From the NCBI GenBank assembly GCA_951406725.2, contig OX597824.1, forward strand, positions 33,976,001-34,040,000: 64,000 bases of DNA. The letters run 5' to 3'. Of this stretch, positions 25,681-39,733 are shown piece after piece (position 1 is the first letter of the stretch; every line of letters begins with the position of its first letter). The stretch comes from Octopus vulgaris (Eukaryota). The position numbers and the translations under genes were made by a program. Under the pieces are notes generated by a model that was given only the letters and a program-made list of their open reading frames with translations, did not search any database and was not told where the DNA came from.

Positions 25681-25798
25681 ATGTTATAACACCAAATGGA
25701 TTAAATGTCAAAAAATTCAGTGCCATCCATGAATTTCAGAACCTCCATGCCCGATTTAAAGATAAAATCCATGATTTTATCCGTGGACACTTTTATGG
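25681..25798 (+). CDS. GYS: Glycogen synthase exon
   Basis: ttgtag|(D)[23 protein letters not shown]...RGHFY GG|gtgagt; 118 nt. Confidence 0.95.
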
Positions 25799-26699
25799 GT
25801 GAGTTCCATTTCCAGAATTTTCTTAAATATTTGTAGATACTAAATGTTGATATTTATTAGATTACTGTAACTTTTTTATAATTTAAAAAAATATTTATTG
25901 GGGTACAATTGTAGTTTACCTTTATCTCCCCAATCTACTATTGATTCTTACTCCCTTGTGAATAGTCGTGTAGCTCATACAAGAACTTCTTCTGCCCCAC
26001 CCACTTCTCTCATACCTGAACCCTTGTCTTCTAGCATAAAGCTCTCTCTGCTCCCACCTCGGGTTTTGTAGCCTTGCAAGCTGCATGGTGACCTCATTAG
26101 TGCCAGTGATATGAAAAGTGCACCCAGTACACATCGTAAAGTGATTGACATTAAGAAAGACATTCAGCCATAGAAACCATGCCAAAACAGACACTTGAGC
26201 ATGATGCAGTCCTTGGACACATCAAATCCTGTCGAACCATCCAACCCATGCCAGTACAGGACATGGATGTTAAATGAGGATGATGAAACTGAACTGAATA
26301 TTTCACCATTCAGAATTTACTTAGAATATTCTTGTGAAATGAATGAAAATTTGCTTCCACCTAGCTTGCTCTAGGTGATGATAGTTATTTTACCGCTCCG
26401 CAAAGGACCACAGATGTCAGACCTTTCGTATATATGAAGTTTAAGAAGGGCTTTTACATGTTGCTTGTTTTTTTTTTTGTGCTATTAAATGTATAAATAG
26501 TTATGTGTCATATATGAAATCCTGCCAGAGACCTCAAACATTCAATGGGAAAGGATTAAAATTCTACTGTGGTTTTGTTTGATATAAAGAAGCCATGATG
26601 AGAGAAATGGTTTATAATAATAATGAACTCATTGTATACAGTGCTCGGGTGCACTATAACATATTTAAAAAAGTAGCCCAAAATGCATGAACAGTACAT

Positions 26700-27165
26700 A
26701 GAACTAATGCACAGAAAGTGAACAGTGAATGAGTCTTTAGGAAAAAAGAGGTGGAGGCTACATCAGGTGTACTGTTGGCGAATTTCAGGAAGCATGAAAG
26801 TTTTGAAGGATGTAATGTCCTGACAGCTAACAACTGATGTGGGTAGTTTATTCCATACTTCATCAATTCTGAGCATGAAAAAATGTTTCTGAACGTCATG
26901 GGTGCTGTGTTGTTTTTTTATTTTGTAAACATGTCCATGAGTGTTAGACATAGAATTCAAAAAGGTTCTCAAGATTGTTGTTTGAAATATGGTGGATAGT
27001 CTTGTGTCTACTATGTCAGTTGCCAGATGTTGGTGCTTTAATGTGTCCATGCTCAGGGAAGCGAGATATTCAGTGTATGGTAGATGTTTCACTGTGGGTA
27101 TTGGTCTGGTTGCATGTTTCTGGACAGTTTCCTGGAGATTGATATGTTGAGCAAGATAGGTGTTC
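26700..27165 (-). mobile_element. CR1-type LINE ORF2 3' relic
   Basis: ETVQKHATR..HLPYTE..THGHVYKI...KHFFMLRI..VWNKLP..VVS...SFK, typical of the CR1 C-terminus. Confidence 0.8.
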
Positions 27166-27329
27166 TATCAATCAGCCTACCCACAAAGTTTCATTTCTTT
27201 CTACTTTTTCAAGTTTCCAATATATCTTGAAACCTCACTTCAGTGGAGGCAGCAATGACTAGATGTAAGATAAATTTCTCTTACATTTCTATATATTTAT
27301 ATCTTATTATATATATTTCTGTCCACCAG

Positions 27330-27450
27330 GCATTATGACTTTGATCTTGACAAAACTTTGTACATGTTCATTGCTGGTCGTTACGAATTCTCGAATAAAG
27401 GTGCGGACATGTTTATTGAGGCTTTGGCACGCCTGAACTATTACCTCAAG
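27330..27450 (+). CDS. GYS: Glycogen synthase exon
   Basis: caccag|[41 protein letters not shown]|gtaag; 121 nt. Confidence 0.95.
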
Positions 27451-27958
27451 GTAAGTTGTGGTATTCATTTCTTATATAGCCACAAAGCTACAATTTTTGG
27501 GGGTTGTGGCAAGAGGGGACTTTGATTATATCAACCCTGATATGTGATTCATACTTATTGTATTGATCAGAGAAAGACAAAAGGCAAAGTTTACCCCAAA
27601 ATATTTAGCTACCATTGCACCTATATAAATATTTTCTAGTTATTAACTATATAAACAATGTTTAACTGAGGGATTTTTGTCAATGTTTGCATGAGATATT
27701 TGGGATCTACATTACTTCTTTTCTCTAATTATCTCTATTATCATCCAATATTACTTTTAAGTTAAAGCTGGACAAAATGCTTAGTGACATTTTGTCTGTC
27801 TTTATGTCCTGAGTTCAAATTCTGCCAGGGTTGACTTGCCTTTCATCCTTCCAAGTACAAGTTGAACACTTGAGTTAGATATAATCAACTTACCTCTCCC
27901 TCAAACTTGCTGATCAAAATTCGAAACCCATATTACTTTTAAATTATTTTTGGAGTTA

Positions 27959-28072
27959 TCCTATAGAATTTAGAGGCAGCACTAAAAGTTATGACGTTTT
28001 CAGATCAAAAACGTCATAGCTTTTGTATTCGAAAGGTCATAACTTTCAGTATTGGCTCTAAATTCTATAGGA
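27959..28072. repeat. Short palindromic element
   Basis: 17-nt perfect terminal inverted repeat tcctatagaatttagag/ctctaaattctatagga, with nested internal inverted aaagttatgac motifs. Confidence 0.75.
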
Positions 28073-28454
28073 CACCTGTAGAAATAACTTAAAAGTGATT
28101 GAATCACACTGCTAACACAAAAAGTAGGACACTATTGACTTGTAAACCTTTATTATACATGGTAGTATAAACAAAATATGGTGCCCCTACCAGCAATTGA
28201 CATCCAATAGTTATATTGATTTTCACTTTTTTGTTCTGTCTAAAATTGCTGTGTTGTTTTTTGATTTTTTTTTTTCTAATTATCATAATTTTTTTTTTTT
28301 AGCTTCTTTATTTTTAGCTTCTTTATTTTTGCTACCATCAGTAAAAGTTCATCATCATCTAACTCCTATTTTATGTTCAAGCTTTCACTCTTTTCTCTAT
28401 GTCTCTCTCTCTCTCTCTCTCTCTCATACACACACACACACACACACAGAACTA

Positions 28455-29282
28455 CAGGGTGTTCAGGCTAAATTTGACAGTCTGCATAAAAGGAAGATAA
28501 AACACAATGTCCCATTCAAAACCAAAAAATATATCAACTAGATTCTGGCTGGCAGAAAACTGTTTATTCAAAGTAGCTGGTCTCAAGATGGCTCTGGAAT
28601 CTGATGCATGCATTCCTCACTGTGTCCCTGAGATCTTCAAACACATCCTTGACCTTGGTCACCACTTGGCCTTTGTGTTGCAGGTAGAGTGGTTGGCGTC
28701 TTTCTCAACCTTCCCCGATACATTGTAATCCATGGGATTACAATCAGGGTAATTAGGACAACAGGAATGGTGAACTCATAGAAATTCTCCAACAACCACT
28801 TCTGACTCTTTCTAAAGGTATTACAAAGAGCTGAATCCTGCTGCCACACATATGGCCTTCCAACAGCAACCTTCTCCAGCAGCTTTACATAGCCATCTGA
28901 ATTGAGCCTAAGGTCTTCTTCAAAGATGGGGTGAGGTCTGATGTACAGATGCAGTCAAATTACCTTCTGTGCCCCTTCCTGCTGGCCATAACTTCATATT
29001 CTCTGTTTCAGCTGTCCATGTCTCATCTTACAGCCTTTGCAGGGTTCACAGAATAGAAATCATGATGTCAGCGTTTTGGTACCCAGTGCGAATAATCATG
29101 ATACAAGTAACTCTCTTCCAATATTCATATGGCTTCCTGTCCTCCATCTCAGCTAACTTTTACTCAATTACAACTTTAATCTTTATGCTCTCCAACATCA
29201 GTGACTGTTCACCAGTACATCAAGCTTTTCCTGAAAAAAAAAGGCAACATAAAGAATTATCAAATTTAGCCTGAACACCATG
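28455..29282 (-). mobile_element. Internally deleted Tc1/mariner-superfamily element
   Basis: TA|CAGGGTGTTCAGGCTAAATTTGA ... TCAAATTTAGCCTGAACACCATG|TA; remnants WQQDSA..RKSQKWL.ENF and PDCNPMDY. Confidence 0.88.
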
Positions 29283-30213
29283 TATTCATCCAGTTCACAT
29301 TAACATCTAGGTGATCACCTCAAATTATTCCTTCTTAGAAGCGGCTTCCGTGCCTGTGGCACATAAAAGGCACCATTCGAGTGTGATCGTTACCAGCGTC
29401 GCCTTACTGACACTCGAACCCCATGCTAGTAGGGTGTTAAGAGCACCATCGAAGCTTGATCGTTGCCAGAGTGGCTATCTGGCCTCCGTGCCGGTGGCAC
29501 GTAAAAGACACCATTCAAGTGTGATTGTTTCCAACATCGCCTTACTGGCACCTGTGCCAGTGGCATGTGTAAAAGATTCAAGCAAGGTCGTTGCCAGTAC
29601 CACCTGACTGGCCCCATGCCGGTGGCACGTAAAAGCACCCACTACACTCTCGGAGTGATTGGCATTAGGAAGGGCATCCAGCTGTAGAAACTCTGCCAGA
29701 TCAAGATTGGAGCCTGGTGCAGCCATCTGGTTCGCCAGTCCTCAGTTAAATCATCCAACCCATGCTAGCATGGAAAGCGGATGTTAAACAATGATGATGA
29801 TGATGATGATGAAGGTATCCACCACACTTACTTCTCTAATTTAACATACATTTATCATAATCTGTCTTGACAAAGGAATCATACTATGAAGTACTTACTG
29901 ACTATTTATGTATTTATTCATTCTGCACATTCTAATGGATTAAACTCCCAATGAGTTCTACTTTTAAAATGGGAATGATGTCTTTCCAACCCCAAATCTT
30001 TTTTATGAAGATTATGATGGTTTTAAACAGAGAAGTAAATGAATGGTTGATACCTTCATTAGTCCTTTCATATCACAGGTCTTATGAAGTAGAACTGACT
30101 AGTGCTATAAAAAAAAGTATGGTTTTCTCTACCACTGGTATAACCTGTTAATTATTTTAATCAAAAATATTAATCAGATTATTCAAAACTTTTCCGTAAA
30201 TTTTCACTTTCAG

Positions 30214-30380
30214 CAACGGAATAGTGACATGACTGTCATAGCTTTTTTGATTTTTCCAACTCGTACAAATAATTACAATGTGGAATCGCTACGAGGACAA
30301 GCAATAGCGAAACAGTTACAAGATACGTCTTCGTACGTCATTCACCAGGTTGGGCGCAGGCTGCTGGAGACATGCATGCG
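30214..30380 (+). CDS. GYS: Glycogen synthase exon
   Basis: tttcag|QRNSDMTVIAFLIFPTRTNNYNVESLRGQA...ETCM CG|gtaggt; 167 nt. Confidence 0.93.
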
Positions 30381-32046
30381 GTAGGTTTGCACTTGTTATT
30401 GGAAATTTTTTTTTTTTTAAATGAGAATTATCAAAAAAGAAAGAAAGGAAGAATTCTACCTATGTATTGTATACAGAGAAATATTGTTTCATTTATAAAC
30501 AGTGTGTATTTTGAATGTAGCATATAGTTGTCCTTGAGCCTAAGGTCAAACCCGATTAAACTGACCTGTGATTAAGTGGATTCTATAAGAGACCATCCTA
30601 AGATTTTATATGTCAAGCAACATTGTCTAAAATACCCTTCTTTGAATAGCTATGAATTGAGAGTGATTTAGCTGCTTTTTCTAGTAAGTCAAGCAACTGC
30701 ACAGATGCTCTCTCTCATTACTTTGAGCATATAGTATTCTAAATTTCTTAATCTTTAAAATATATAGGTGGAGGCATAGCTGTATGGTTAAGAAAGTTGC
30801 TCTGCCACCATGTGGCTTCTGTTTCAGACCTACGTGTGGTTGTGTGTTTGTTTATGTGTGTGTGTGTGTGTGTGTGTGTGCATACAAGTGTTTGTGTTTG
30901 ACCCCTCCATGCCATACCACTATCACCTGACAACTAGTAATTTTGTTTACATCTCTGAAACTTAGCAGTTCAGCAAAAGAGACTAATTGAATAAGCACCA
31001 GCTTTTTTTTTAAATGAGCACTAAGGTCAATTTGTTCGACTAAACCCTTCCATATTGTGCCCCAGCATGACTGCAGTCTAATGACTGAAACAAATTAAAA
31101 ATAAAAGATAAAAAACTAAATACAGTTGTTTAGTTGAAAAAAGTTTTCTCATCACAGTAACCCAGAAACTTAGTCAATGTTAACTGAGGTTGAAACAAAT
31201 TTGTCTGTCAGGCTTACTGATCAGATATACTATTGCTTTTCTTAGTGTGCATTGCATACCTAACATGCATTGCAGAGTTTCCAAAATCTTTGATTTTAAA
31301 GTAAGATATGTTTTCCTTGGAAATTGATGAGATATAAGTATTGTCATGGTGGAATATAAAAACAAAATGAAATTAATGAAAATGCCAAGTTTATTTTAAT
31401 ATATATGGCTTTTTAATGTATCAAGCTGGCAGAATTATTAGCATACCGAGCAGAATTCTTAGTGGCATTTTATCTGTCTTTACGTTGTGGGTTCAGATTC
31501 CACCAAAGTCAGTTTTGTCTTTCATCCTTTCAGGGTTGATAAAATAAGTACCAGTTGAGCACTGGCATCAATGTAATCAACTAACTCCCTCCCCCAAAAT
31601 TGCTGGCCCAGTGCCAAAATTTGAAACCAATATGTATGTCTCTTTGTTTTGTGAGAGCATATGGCCTAGTGGTTAGGGCATTGCACTTGTGATCATAAGA
31701 GCATAGTTTCAATTCCTGGGCTGGATGGTGTATTGTTTTCTTGAGCAGAATACCTCATTTCACATTACTCCAGTCCATTCAGCTTTAAATGAGTAACCCT
31801 GTGACAGACTAGTGCCCCATCCAGTAAAATGCTGTGGCTTCAGTCATTTACATGACATGGAAACTGATTATCCAATACTATGCGTGTTAAGGCTCAAAAC
31901 AGAACTATATTACTCTTTGTTTCAACAGAAATATTAATTATGCAAATATTATATGGATTCATTCGATGTAAAATTTGTTCTATTTAAGACATATAATGAT
32001 ATGTATATATTGTTACTTTCCTCTACTTGAAATTTCTCCAATATAG

Positions 32047-32125
32047 TGGAAATATTCCTAAAGGAAGTGATATTTTACTTGAAGAAGATATTGTCAAATT
32101 AAAAAGGTGTATCTACAGTGCACAG
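32047..32125 (+). CDS. GYS: Glycogen synthase exon
   Basis: atatag|T GNIPKGSDILLEEDIVKLKRCIYSAQ|gtaag; 79 nt. Confidence 0.92.
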
Positions 32126-32445
32126 GTAAGGATTTCAATAATGTTTCAGTAAATTTTCTTATTTTACTGGAAATTGCTTCAACAATGAAACACAAATACT
32201 CAATTATTAAACAATTTTTTTTCATTTCTCAATCCTTTAATGTATTAAATGATCGCCAACATTTATCTTTCTAATTATTAGCAATCAATGAAAAATATAA
32301 TATATCAATCATCTTAGACAGTTTAGTGCTGTATGCACAGATATACAATTCATAATTGAATATCAACATGTTTTTTTTTTTGTTTTTTTTTTTTACTTCA
32401 TTTAAATCTTTCTGTTAAGTGTAATTTCTGACTGATACATTTCAG

Positions 32446-32559
32446 CGAAGAGAATTACCGCCAGTATGCACTCATAATGTAATTGATGATGCTAAAGACC
32501 AAGTACTCAATGCCATTCGTCGCTGCAAATTATTCAACGATCGTGAAGACAGGGTGAAG
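32446..32559 (+). CDS. GYS: Glycogen synthase exon
   Basis: tttcag|[38 protein letters not shown]|gtattt; 114 nt. Confidence 0.94.
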
Positions 32560-33414
32560 GTATTTATCGTTTACTTGTAGATTATATTTTAGGCACCAGA
32601 ATTTAAAAGTTTATGCAATAAATAACTTTTGCTCTTTGTCCAAGAGTACATAAATTAGATATTTGGAATGAATGGGAGGAGGAGAGCCTGCCAAATGTTG
32701 ACCCAGTAGAGGGACCAGCTATCAGAATAGACACCTCCCTAGTAGATAAATATGAATTAAAGACTTATGATGGGGTTTAATGTCTGAGCTGATTCAGTGG
32801 TAGTTAAAGAGAAGAAATTCCAGATGAAGAAGAAACACCTAGAATTAAGAGGTCTCAAATTTGGTATATTGGTGTACTTTTTCAAGCTGAATCTGAGTTT
32901 GTGATTCATTTATTCCAGAAAAGTTTTAGAAAACTGTTACAGATCATTGTCATCTGATCAGAAAACAGGATTTGTACATTGTAGCAAATTATATTTTTAC
33001 AAAAGACACTGTTTTAAGGATGCAGATTTTGAAAATCAAATTCATTTTTCTCAAGCATGCACCATTTCAGAGCCTTTTGGAGCTAAACACACATACATAA
33101 CAACATACACTTGTATTATATAGAGGAGATATACAGGGTATCACAGAAAGATTTACCCATTGATATTTCTTAATTATTCAAAATGAACTTAAGGTAGGAT
33201 AATGAAATTTGGCACACATGTTCTAATGTAAATTGCCACTCCATTGCAGTAATTACATTTCAAAATGACCACCTTTCACCTTGATCATAGCCTGCAAAGG
33301 AGTTGTTACTGAGTTGCATGAGCACCATACCACCTCTTCATCCAATTTGACCCATGAAGACAGAAAAGCTTTTTTCAGATTTGTCACATTTGAATAGGAT
33401 TCTGAAAAGAAAAA

Positions 33415-35602
33415 GGCTTAGAGAAGCCATTATGAAAGATTGCTGAATGTGGAGAATGAATGGGAGGAGGAGAGCCTGCCAAATGTTGACCCAGTAGAGG
33501 GACCAGCTATCAGAATAGACACCTCCCTAGTAGATAAAGCAATTGAGTGTATGAAGCCAAGAAAAGCCCCCCGGCCCATCAGGAATCACTGCTGAAATGC
33601 TTAAAACATCTGGTGGTGTGAGCTATAGCCTTGTCACCTGCATTATAAACCAGGTAGTTTATGATGGAGTCATACCCAATGACTGGCGTAGCAGAACCAT
33701 AGTCAACTGCTACAAGGGTAAAGGTGATGCTCTAGATAGAAATAACTACAGGGGTTTCAAACTGTTGGATCATGTGATGAAGGTCACAGAGAGGGTCATA
33801 GCCCATCTCATTAGGGAGAGAGTCTGCTTAGATGACATTCAGTTTGGTTATGTGCTGGGTAGAAGCACCACTGATGCCATATTCCTGGTTTGACAACTGC
33901 AGGAGAAATATCTAGCTAAAGATAAACCCCTATACTTAGCTTTTGTAGACTTGGAGAAAGCCTTTGACAGTGTCCCCCATTCCCTTATCTGGTTGGCGAT
34001 GCGGAAACTGGAGATTGACGAATGGTTAATAAGGGCTGTACAGGCCCTTTACAGAGAGGCCATTAGTAAGGTTAGGATTGGTAATGAGTATAGTGAAGAA
34101 TTCCAGGTAGAAGTAGGGGTCCACCAAGGTTCAGCCCTCAGTCCTCTTTTATTCATCATAGTCCTCCAGACAATAACAGAGGAATTCAAGATGGGTTGCC
34201 CCTGGGAGCTCCTCTATGTGGATGACCTGGCCCTCATAGCGGAATCACTACCGGAACTAGAAAAGAAATTTTGGGTGTGGAAGCAAGGTTTAGAATCAGA
34301 AGGTCTTAGAGTCAATGTAGCAGAGACCAAAGTTCTAGTAAGTAGGAAGGCGAACTCATCCCACACACCCTCAGGTAGGTGGCCCTGCTCGATCTGTAAA
34401 AAAGGTGTAGGTAGAAGCTCCATGAGATGTACCGGTGTAAGCTATGGACACATAAGAGGTGCAGCAACATCAAAGGAAAATTAACCGACAAGATAGCTTT
34501 CGTGTGCGGCAGATGCACAGGGGCAATAGATACTCAGAAAACAGATTCCATCACACTCCAGGGGGAGAAACTAGAAGTAGTTGATAGCTTCCACTACCTA
34601 GGTGACCAAGTTAGTAGTGGGGGTGGATGCTCAGAGAGTGTTACCACTAGAATAAGAATAGCTTGGGCGAAGTTTAAAAAGCTTTTTCCCCTACTGGCAA
34701 CAAAGGGTCTCTCGCTCAGAGTGAAAGGTAGATTGTACGACACATGTGTACGAACTGCCATGGTCCATGGCAGTGGAACATGGGCCATGACTGCAGAGGA
34801 CATGCGTAGGCTTGAAAGAAATGAAGTTAGCATGATCCGCTGGATGTGTAATGTCAGTGTGCGCGCACGATAGAGTGTAAGCGTCCTGAAAGAAATGTTG
34901 GACATAAGAAGCATTGGATGTGACATGCAGGAGAGACGCTTGCATTGGTATGGTCATGTACTATGGATGGATGAGGAGAGATGTGTGAAGAAGTGCCACT
35001 CCCAAATAGTTGAAGGAATCTGGGATAGAGGTAGACCCAGGAAGACATGGGATGAGTTGGTCAAGCATGACTTTCGAATGTAGGGCCTCACAGAGGCAAT
35101 GACGAAAGACTGAGACCTCTGGAGATATGCTGTGACTGCAAAGACCCGACAAATGAAGTGAGTTCATGGCTTGCAAGACAGCCTGCTGTGCTTACCTTGG
35201 ATTATATGGCGACCTACTGTGCTTGAGGAGACCTATTAAGTCAAGTACATCAAAATAAAAATTAAATAGAAATTGTAGTTGTGATACCTGTACTGGTGGC
35301 ACATAAATAACACCATCTGAACGTGGCCGATGCCAGCGCCACCTTGACTGGCATCCATGCCGGTGGCATGTAAAAAGCACCAACCGATCATGGACGTTGC
35401 CAGCCTCCTCTGGCCCCTGTGTCGGTGGCATGTAAAAAGTACCCACTACACTCATGGAGTGGTTGGCGTTAGGAAGGGCATCCGGCTGTAGAAACACTGC
35501 TAGATCAGACTGGAGCCTGGTGCAGCCTCCTGGCTTCCCAGACCCTGGTTGAACTGTCCAACCCAGGCTAGCATGGAAAACAGACATTAAACGATGAGGA
35601 TG

Positions 35603-35603
<1 letters not shown>
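33415..35603 (+). mobile_element. 5'-truncated RTE LINE (decayed RT ORF2 plus 3' UTR) in GYS intron
   Basis: YKGKGD..NYRG, RSTTDAIF, DLEKAFD, GVHQGSALSPLLF, LYVDDL, RLHWYGHV, GRPRKTW; in-frame stops and frameshifts; (GAT)n tail. Confidence 0.93.
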
Positions 35604-35656
<53 letters not shown>

Positions 35657-35670
35657 GCATATACATGTGT

Positions 35671-35706
<36 letters not shown>

Positions 35707-35776
35707 AACAGGTGTATATGTGTATGTGTGTGTTTACTTCAACTCTGTTTTTTATTCAATTTTCAATGTATTTTAG

Positions 35777-35903
35777 GTAATATTTCATCCTGAATTTTTG
35801 AATTCTACAAATCCGCTTTTTGGTTTGGACTATGAAGACTTTGTCCGAGGCTGTCATCTTGGTGTCTTTCCATCTTATTATGAACCCTGGGGTTACACAC
35901 CTG
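35777..35903 (+). CDS. GYS: Glycogen synthase exon (start of catalytic E-X7-E motif)
   Basis: ttttag|[43 protein letters not shown]|gtaatc; 127 nt. Confidence 0.96.
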
Positions 35904-37531
35904 GTAATCATATTTTCTTTCCATTTGTTCTCCAGTTATAAACTGATATTTACCGAAAATGGTTTCTGATCCTCTAAATCAGTCACTGGTTGTCTTATCA
36001 CATTTCTTTCTGTTGAGACTGATTGTCTTATATTTCTTTCTGTTGTGTTATAGGGGCTAACTACTTTTATCTTTTTATTGTGTTTCAAGAGGGTTGTTAT
36101 GTCAATAATAAACACATGTGCTAATTCTATTTTACTTCTTTACTGTTTATGTATCAATTGATTAACTGTTTAACCAATTAACTAATAGATTGTTTGAATA
36201 ATCATTTGGTTAATCAATCAATCAGTTATGCTTGTCAAAGTCTCTTCATCACCATTCATGGCCTTTCTACTCCAGAACTGCTTCAAGTCCTAAAGCAGAA
36301 CATTAATAATAAAAATTTTAAAAAATGAAATACAATCAGTGTGTGTTATCATTGGCCTAACTACCCTCCCTAGATGCAATAAATGTGTTTCATGTTATAA
36401 CTTCAAATCAAATCAAGAATCTTTCAAACCAAGTACAAAAATGGACTACTTTTATCTTGAGGTTTGATTTCTTATTTCATGCTGATCTGAGTTTCTTATA
36501 TGTAAAATAATCCATTAAAATTGATGATGATCAGCTACAGTTTGTCTATAGAATTTAGTTCCTTCAAAAGATAAGTCCAGCTGCCTAGAAGAATAAAGAT
36601 TCTAATATTTTAGTTCTTTGCTCTTCATCTAAGTTTGAAAGACAGGGAAAGTTGGCTGGCACTTGGTTGTGAGCAATATAATGAAGAAGAGAATTAAGTG
36701 ACAGAGTATGTACAGTGATGTGAGTGTGAGGGGAGAGGATAAACTCAGAAAACTGAAAGAAATATTTTAAGAAAATGTCAGAAGTCTGGTGGGTGAGGAG
36801 GCTAGAATTGAAGATGATGAAATTGCCAATCCCACAGCAATGACTCCTCTTTTTGTATCCTGTCAAATGCCTTCTCATTTATAATTATTCAGCAGAGCCA
36901 GTTATAGTAAAGGACTGTTGCTTTTCTTGACTCTCCTCATTTTCTTTACTTGTAAAAAGCACACAGTACACTCTGTAAAGTGGTTGGCATTAGGAAGGGC
37001 ATTCATCCATAAAAACTTTGCTGAAACAGAAAATTGGAGCTGGCAGAAACGTTAGCTTGCTGGGCAAAATGCTTAGCGGTATTTCGTCTGCCGTTACGTT
37101 CTGAGTTCAAATTCCACTGAGGTTGACTTTGCCTTTCATCCTTTTGGGGTCGATAAATTAAGTACCATTTACGCACTGGGGTTGATGTAATTGACTTAAT
37201 CCCTTTGTCTGTCCTTGTTTGTCCCCTCCATGTTTAGCCCCTTGTGGGCAATAAAGAAATAAGAAAATTGGAGCTTGGTGTAGCTCTCTGGCTTACCACC
37301 TCCTGTCAAACCATCCAACCCATGCCAACGTGGAAAATAGATGTTAAATAATGATAATGATGATGATGTATGTTTTTATAAATTCTGATCATCATTTAGG
37401 TGATTTTATTCAATTTTGTTTTTTCTTCTAATTAATACCTAAAAATACTGATGTTTAGAGATTCACAGTATCCTACTTTAAATCTTATTTCAGTTCAATT
37501 TCTTAGAATTAAACATTTTTTAATATTTCAG

Positions 37532-37689
37532 CTGAATGTACTGTCATGGGTATCCCTAGTGTAACAACAAATCTTTCTGGGTTTGGTTGCTTCATGCAAG
37601 AACATATTGTTGATCCTAAATCCTATGGCATATATATCACAGATCGGCGTTTCAGAAATCCAGAAGAATCGGTGCAACAATTGACACAA
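37532..37689 (+). CDS. GYS: Glycogen synthase exon
   Basis: tttcag|(A)[21 protein letters not shown]...VQQLTQ|gtaagt; 158 nt. Confidence 0.95.
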
Positions 37690-37941
37690 GTAAGTTTATT
37701 CTTTTGTTACTATTGTAGTAGTATACCAGGTAAAATGCATAGCAACGTTTCGTCTGTCTTCTTTCTCTGAGTTCAAATTGACTTTACTTTTCATCCTTTG
37801 ATTGACTTTGCTTTTCATCCTTTCAGGGTCAATAAAATAAGTACCAGTTGAAAACTGGGGTCGATAACATTGACTAGCCTCTCTTCCAAAATTCAGGGCT
37901 TGTCCTTATACTAGAAAGGTTATTATTCTGGTCGTAGAATA

Positions 37942-38305
37942 TCTCTCTATATATATAAACGGCAAAATGTCTGTGTGTGTCCTTTATACAAATCCACAAT
38001 TTTTCAGTTAGAGGGCTCGCACTTTCTGTGGTCATTCAAAACCGTCCAAGAGTGGTCGTGCACATCTTTACATTTCCCCAGTCACCCCGCAAAGCCATTA
38101 AAAAATCAATAGAAGTGACTTTTTTGTGAATTTTCTATCCAAAACCCAATCAAAAGGCCCAAAACTTGATATGCCAATTGAATGCCAGCTAGCTGTATGT
38201 GATTGGTCGGAGATTTGGACAGTACTCGCGTGTATATGCGCACGCATGCAGTTTTATATGCATGCACTAGCACTATGATCCGGCGTTGCCAGGTCATAGT
38301 GCTAG
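37942..38305 (+). mobile_element. Non-autonomous Helitron
   Basis: A|TCTCTCTATATATATAAA 5' end, terminal hairpin, CTAG|T 3' end. Confidence 0.8.
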
Positions 38306-39733
38306 TTAGGACATAAAATTCCTGATTACTAATCAGATTTCAGTATTGATTGCAAAACAAACTATTAATTATTCTTTTATCTTTCATATCTTCTGTTGTC
38401 TCTTTTTTGCTTCAGTTGTTGGATTGTGGCCATGTTGGGCACCACTTTGAAGGGTTTTGTTGAACAAATTGACCCTAGCTCTTATTTTTTTCTTTTAAAT
38501 CTTGTACTTATTCTATCAATCACTTTTGCTAAATCACTAAATTATTATACCTGTAATGTAAAAAAAATTCATTAACAATAATAACAGTTCTTATCAAGAA
38601 TGGCAAGAAGAGACAAGGGAAAAATTAAAATTGATTAAAAATTGAATGTGAGCATTTGGTGGGGGTTGAGTTTGATCGTATTAGCTCTTTTCAGTGAAGT
38701 CATTATCATCATCACTTAATGTCCATTCTCTATGCTTGTCTGTTACTAATATGTACTAATAGACCTTATATCAATTGTGAGAATGTATTGGATTTGAGTG
38801 AAAAACATTCACTGATTATTGAATTTAAAGCATCATCATAATCGTCATCATCGTTTTCCATGCTAGCATGGGTTGGACGGTTCAACCAGGGTCTGGGAAG
38901 CCAGAAGGCTGCACCAAGCTCCAGTCTGTTCTGACAGTATTTCTACAGTTGGATGCTCTTCCTAATGCCAACCACTCCGTGAGTGTAGTGGGTGCTTTTT
39001 ACGTGCCACCAGCACAGGTGCCAGAGGAGGCTGGCAACGTCCACGATCGGTTGGTGCTTTTTACGTGCTACCGGCACGGACGCCAGTCAACGTGGCGCTG
39101 GCATCGGCCACGTTCGGATGTTGCTTTTTAGGTGCCACCGGCACGTGGCTATGGAAAATTTTCAGGAGATGTTTTCTATGTAAAGAATATATTTAGGCAG
39201 GGATCTAATATATGTAATTTGGTGAGCACTGAAACGTTTTTAATTATCAATTAGATTTGCAGCAATAATGAAGAAAACAATTATTGGTAGAAATGTTTAT
39301 TTTTGTAAAAAAATGGTAAGGGAGGAAACTCAATATGCATGTCCCAGAACCATACAGTTTAAAGGTAAAGGATAAAAGAAAAATTCAAGCAGTTAAAATT
39401 GTGAGAGTCCAACTCTTGATTATGTGTTCTCATTAACTTAGTTTTTAAAGTAATCTTCATATTACAAATGTAAGCATGAAGCTTGCTTTGCAACCATGTG
39501 GTTTTCGGGTCAGTTCCACTGTACAGTACTTTGGTCAAATGTCTTCTACTATAGCTCCAGGCTGACTAATGTAAAGTGAATGAATTTGGTATGCAGAAAC
39601 TGTATGGAAGTTTATTGTATAAGTGTATCTTTATGTTTACCCCACATATCATACTACTTGATCACCAGTGTTGGTTTGTTTATGTCCTTGTAACTTTTAA
39701 TTTGGTCATATTTTATAGAAAGTTGCAAAGACA

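Noticed and set aside
33597-35083. Intact reverse transcriptase gene
   Set aside because: It has in-frame stops and frameshifts and no endonuclease domain; a dead RTE copy.
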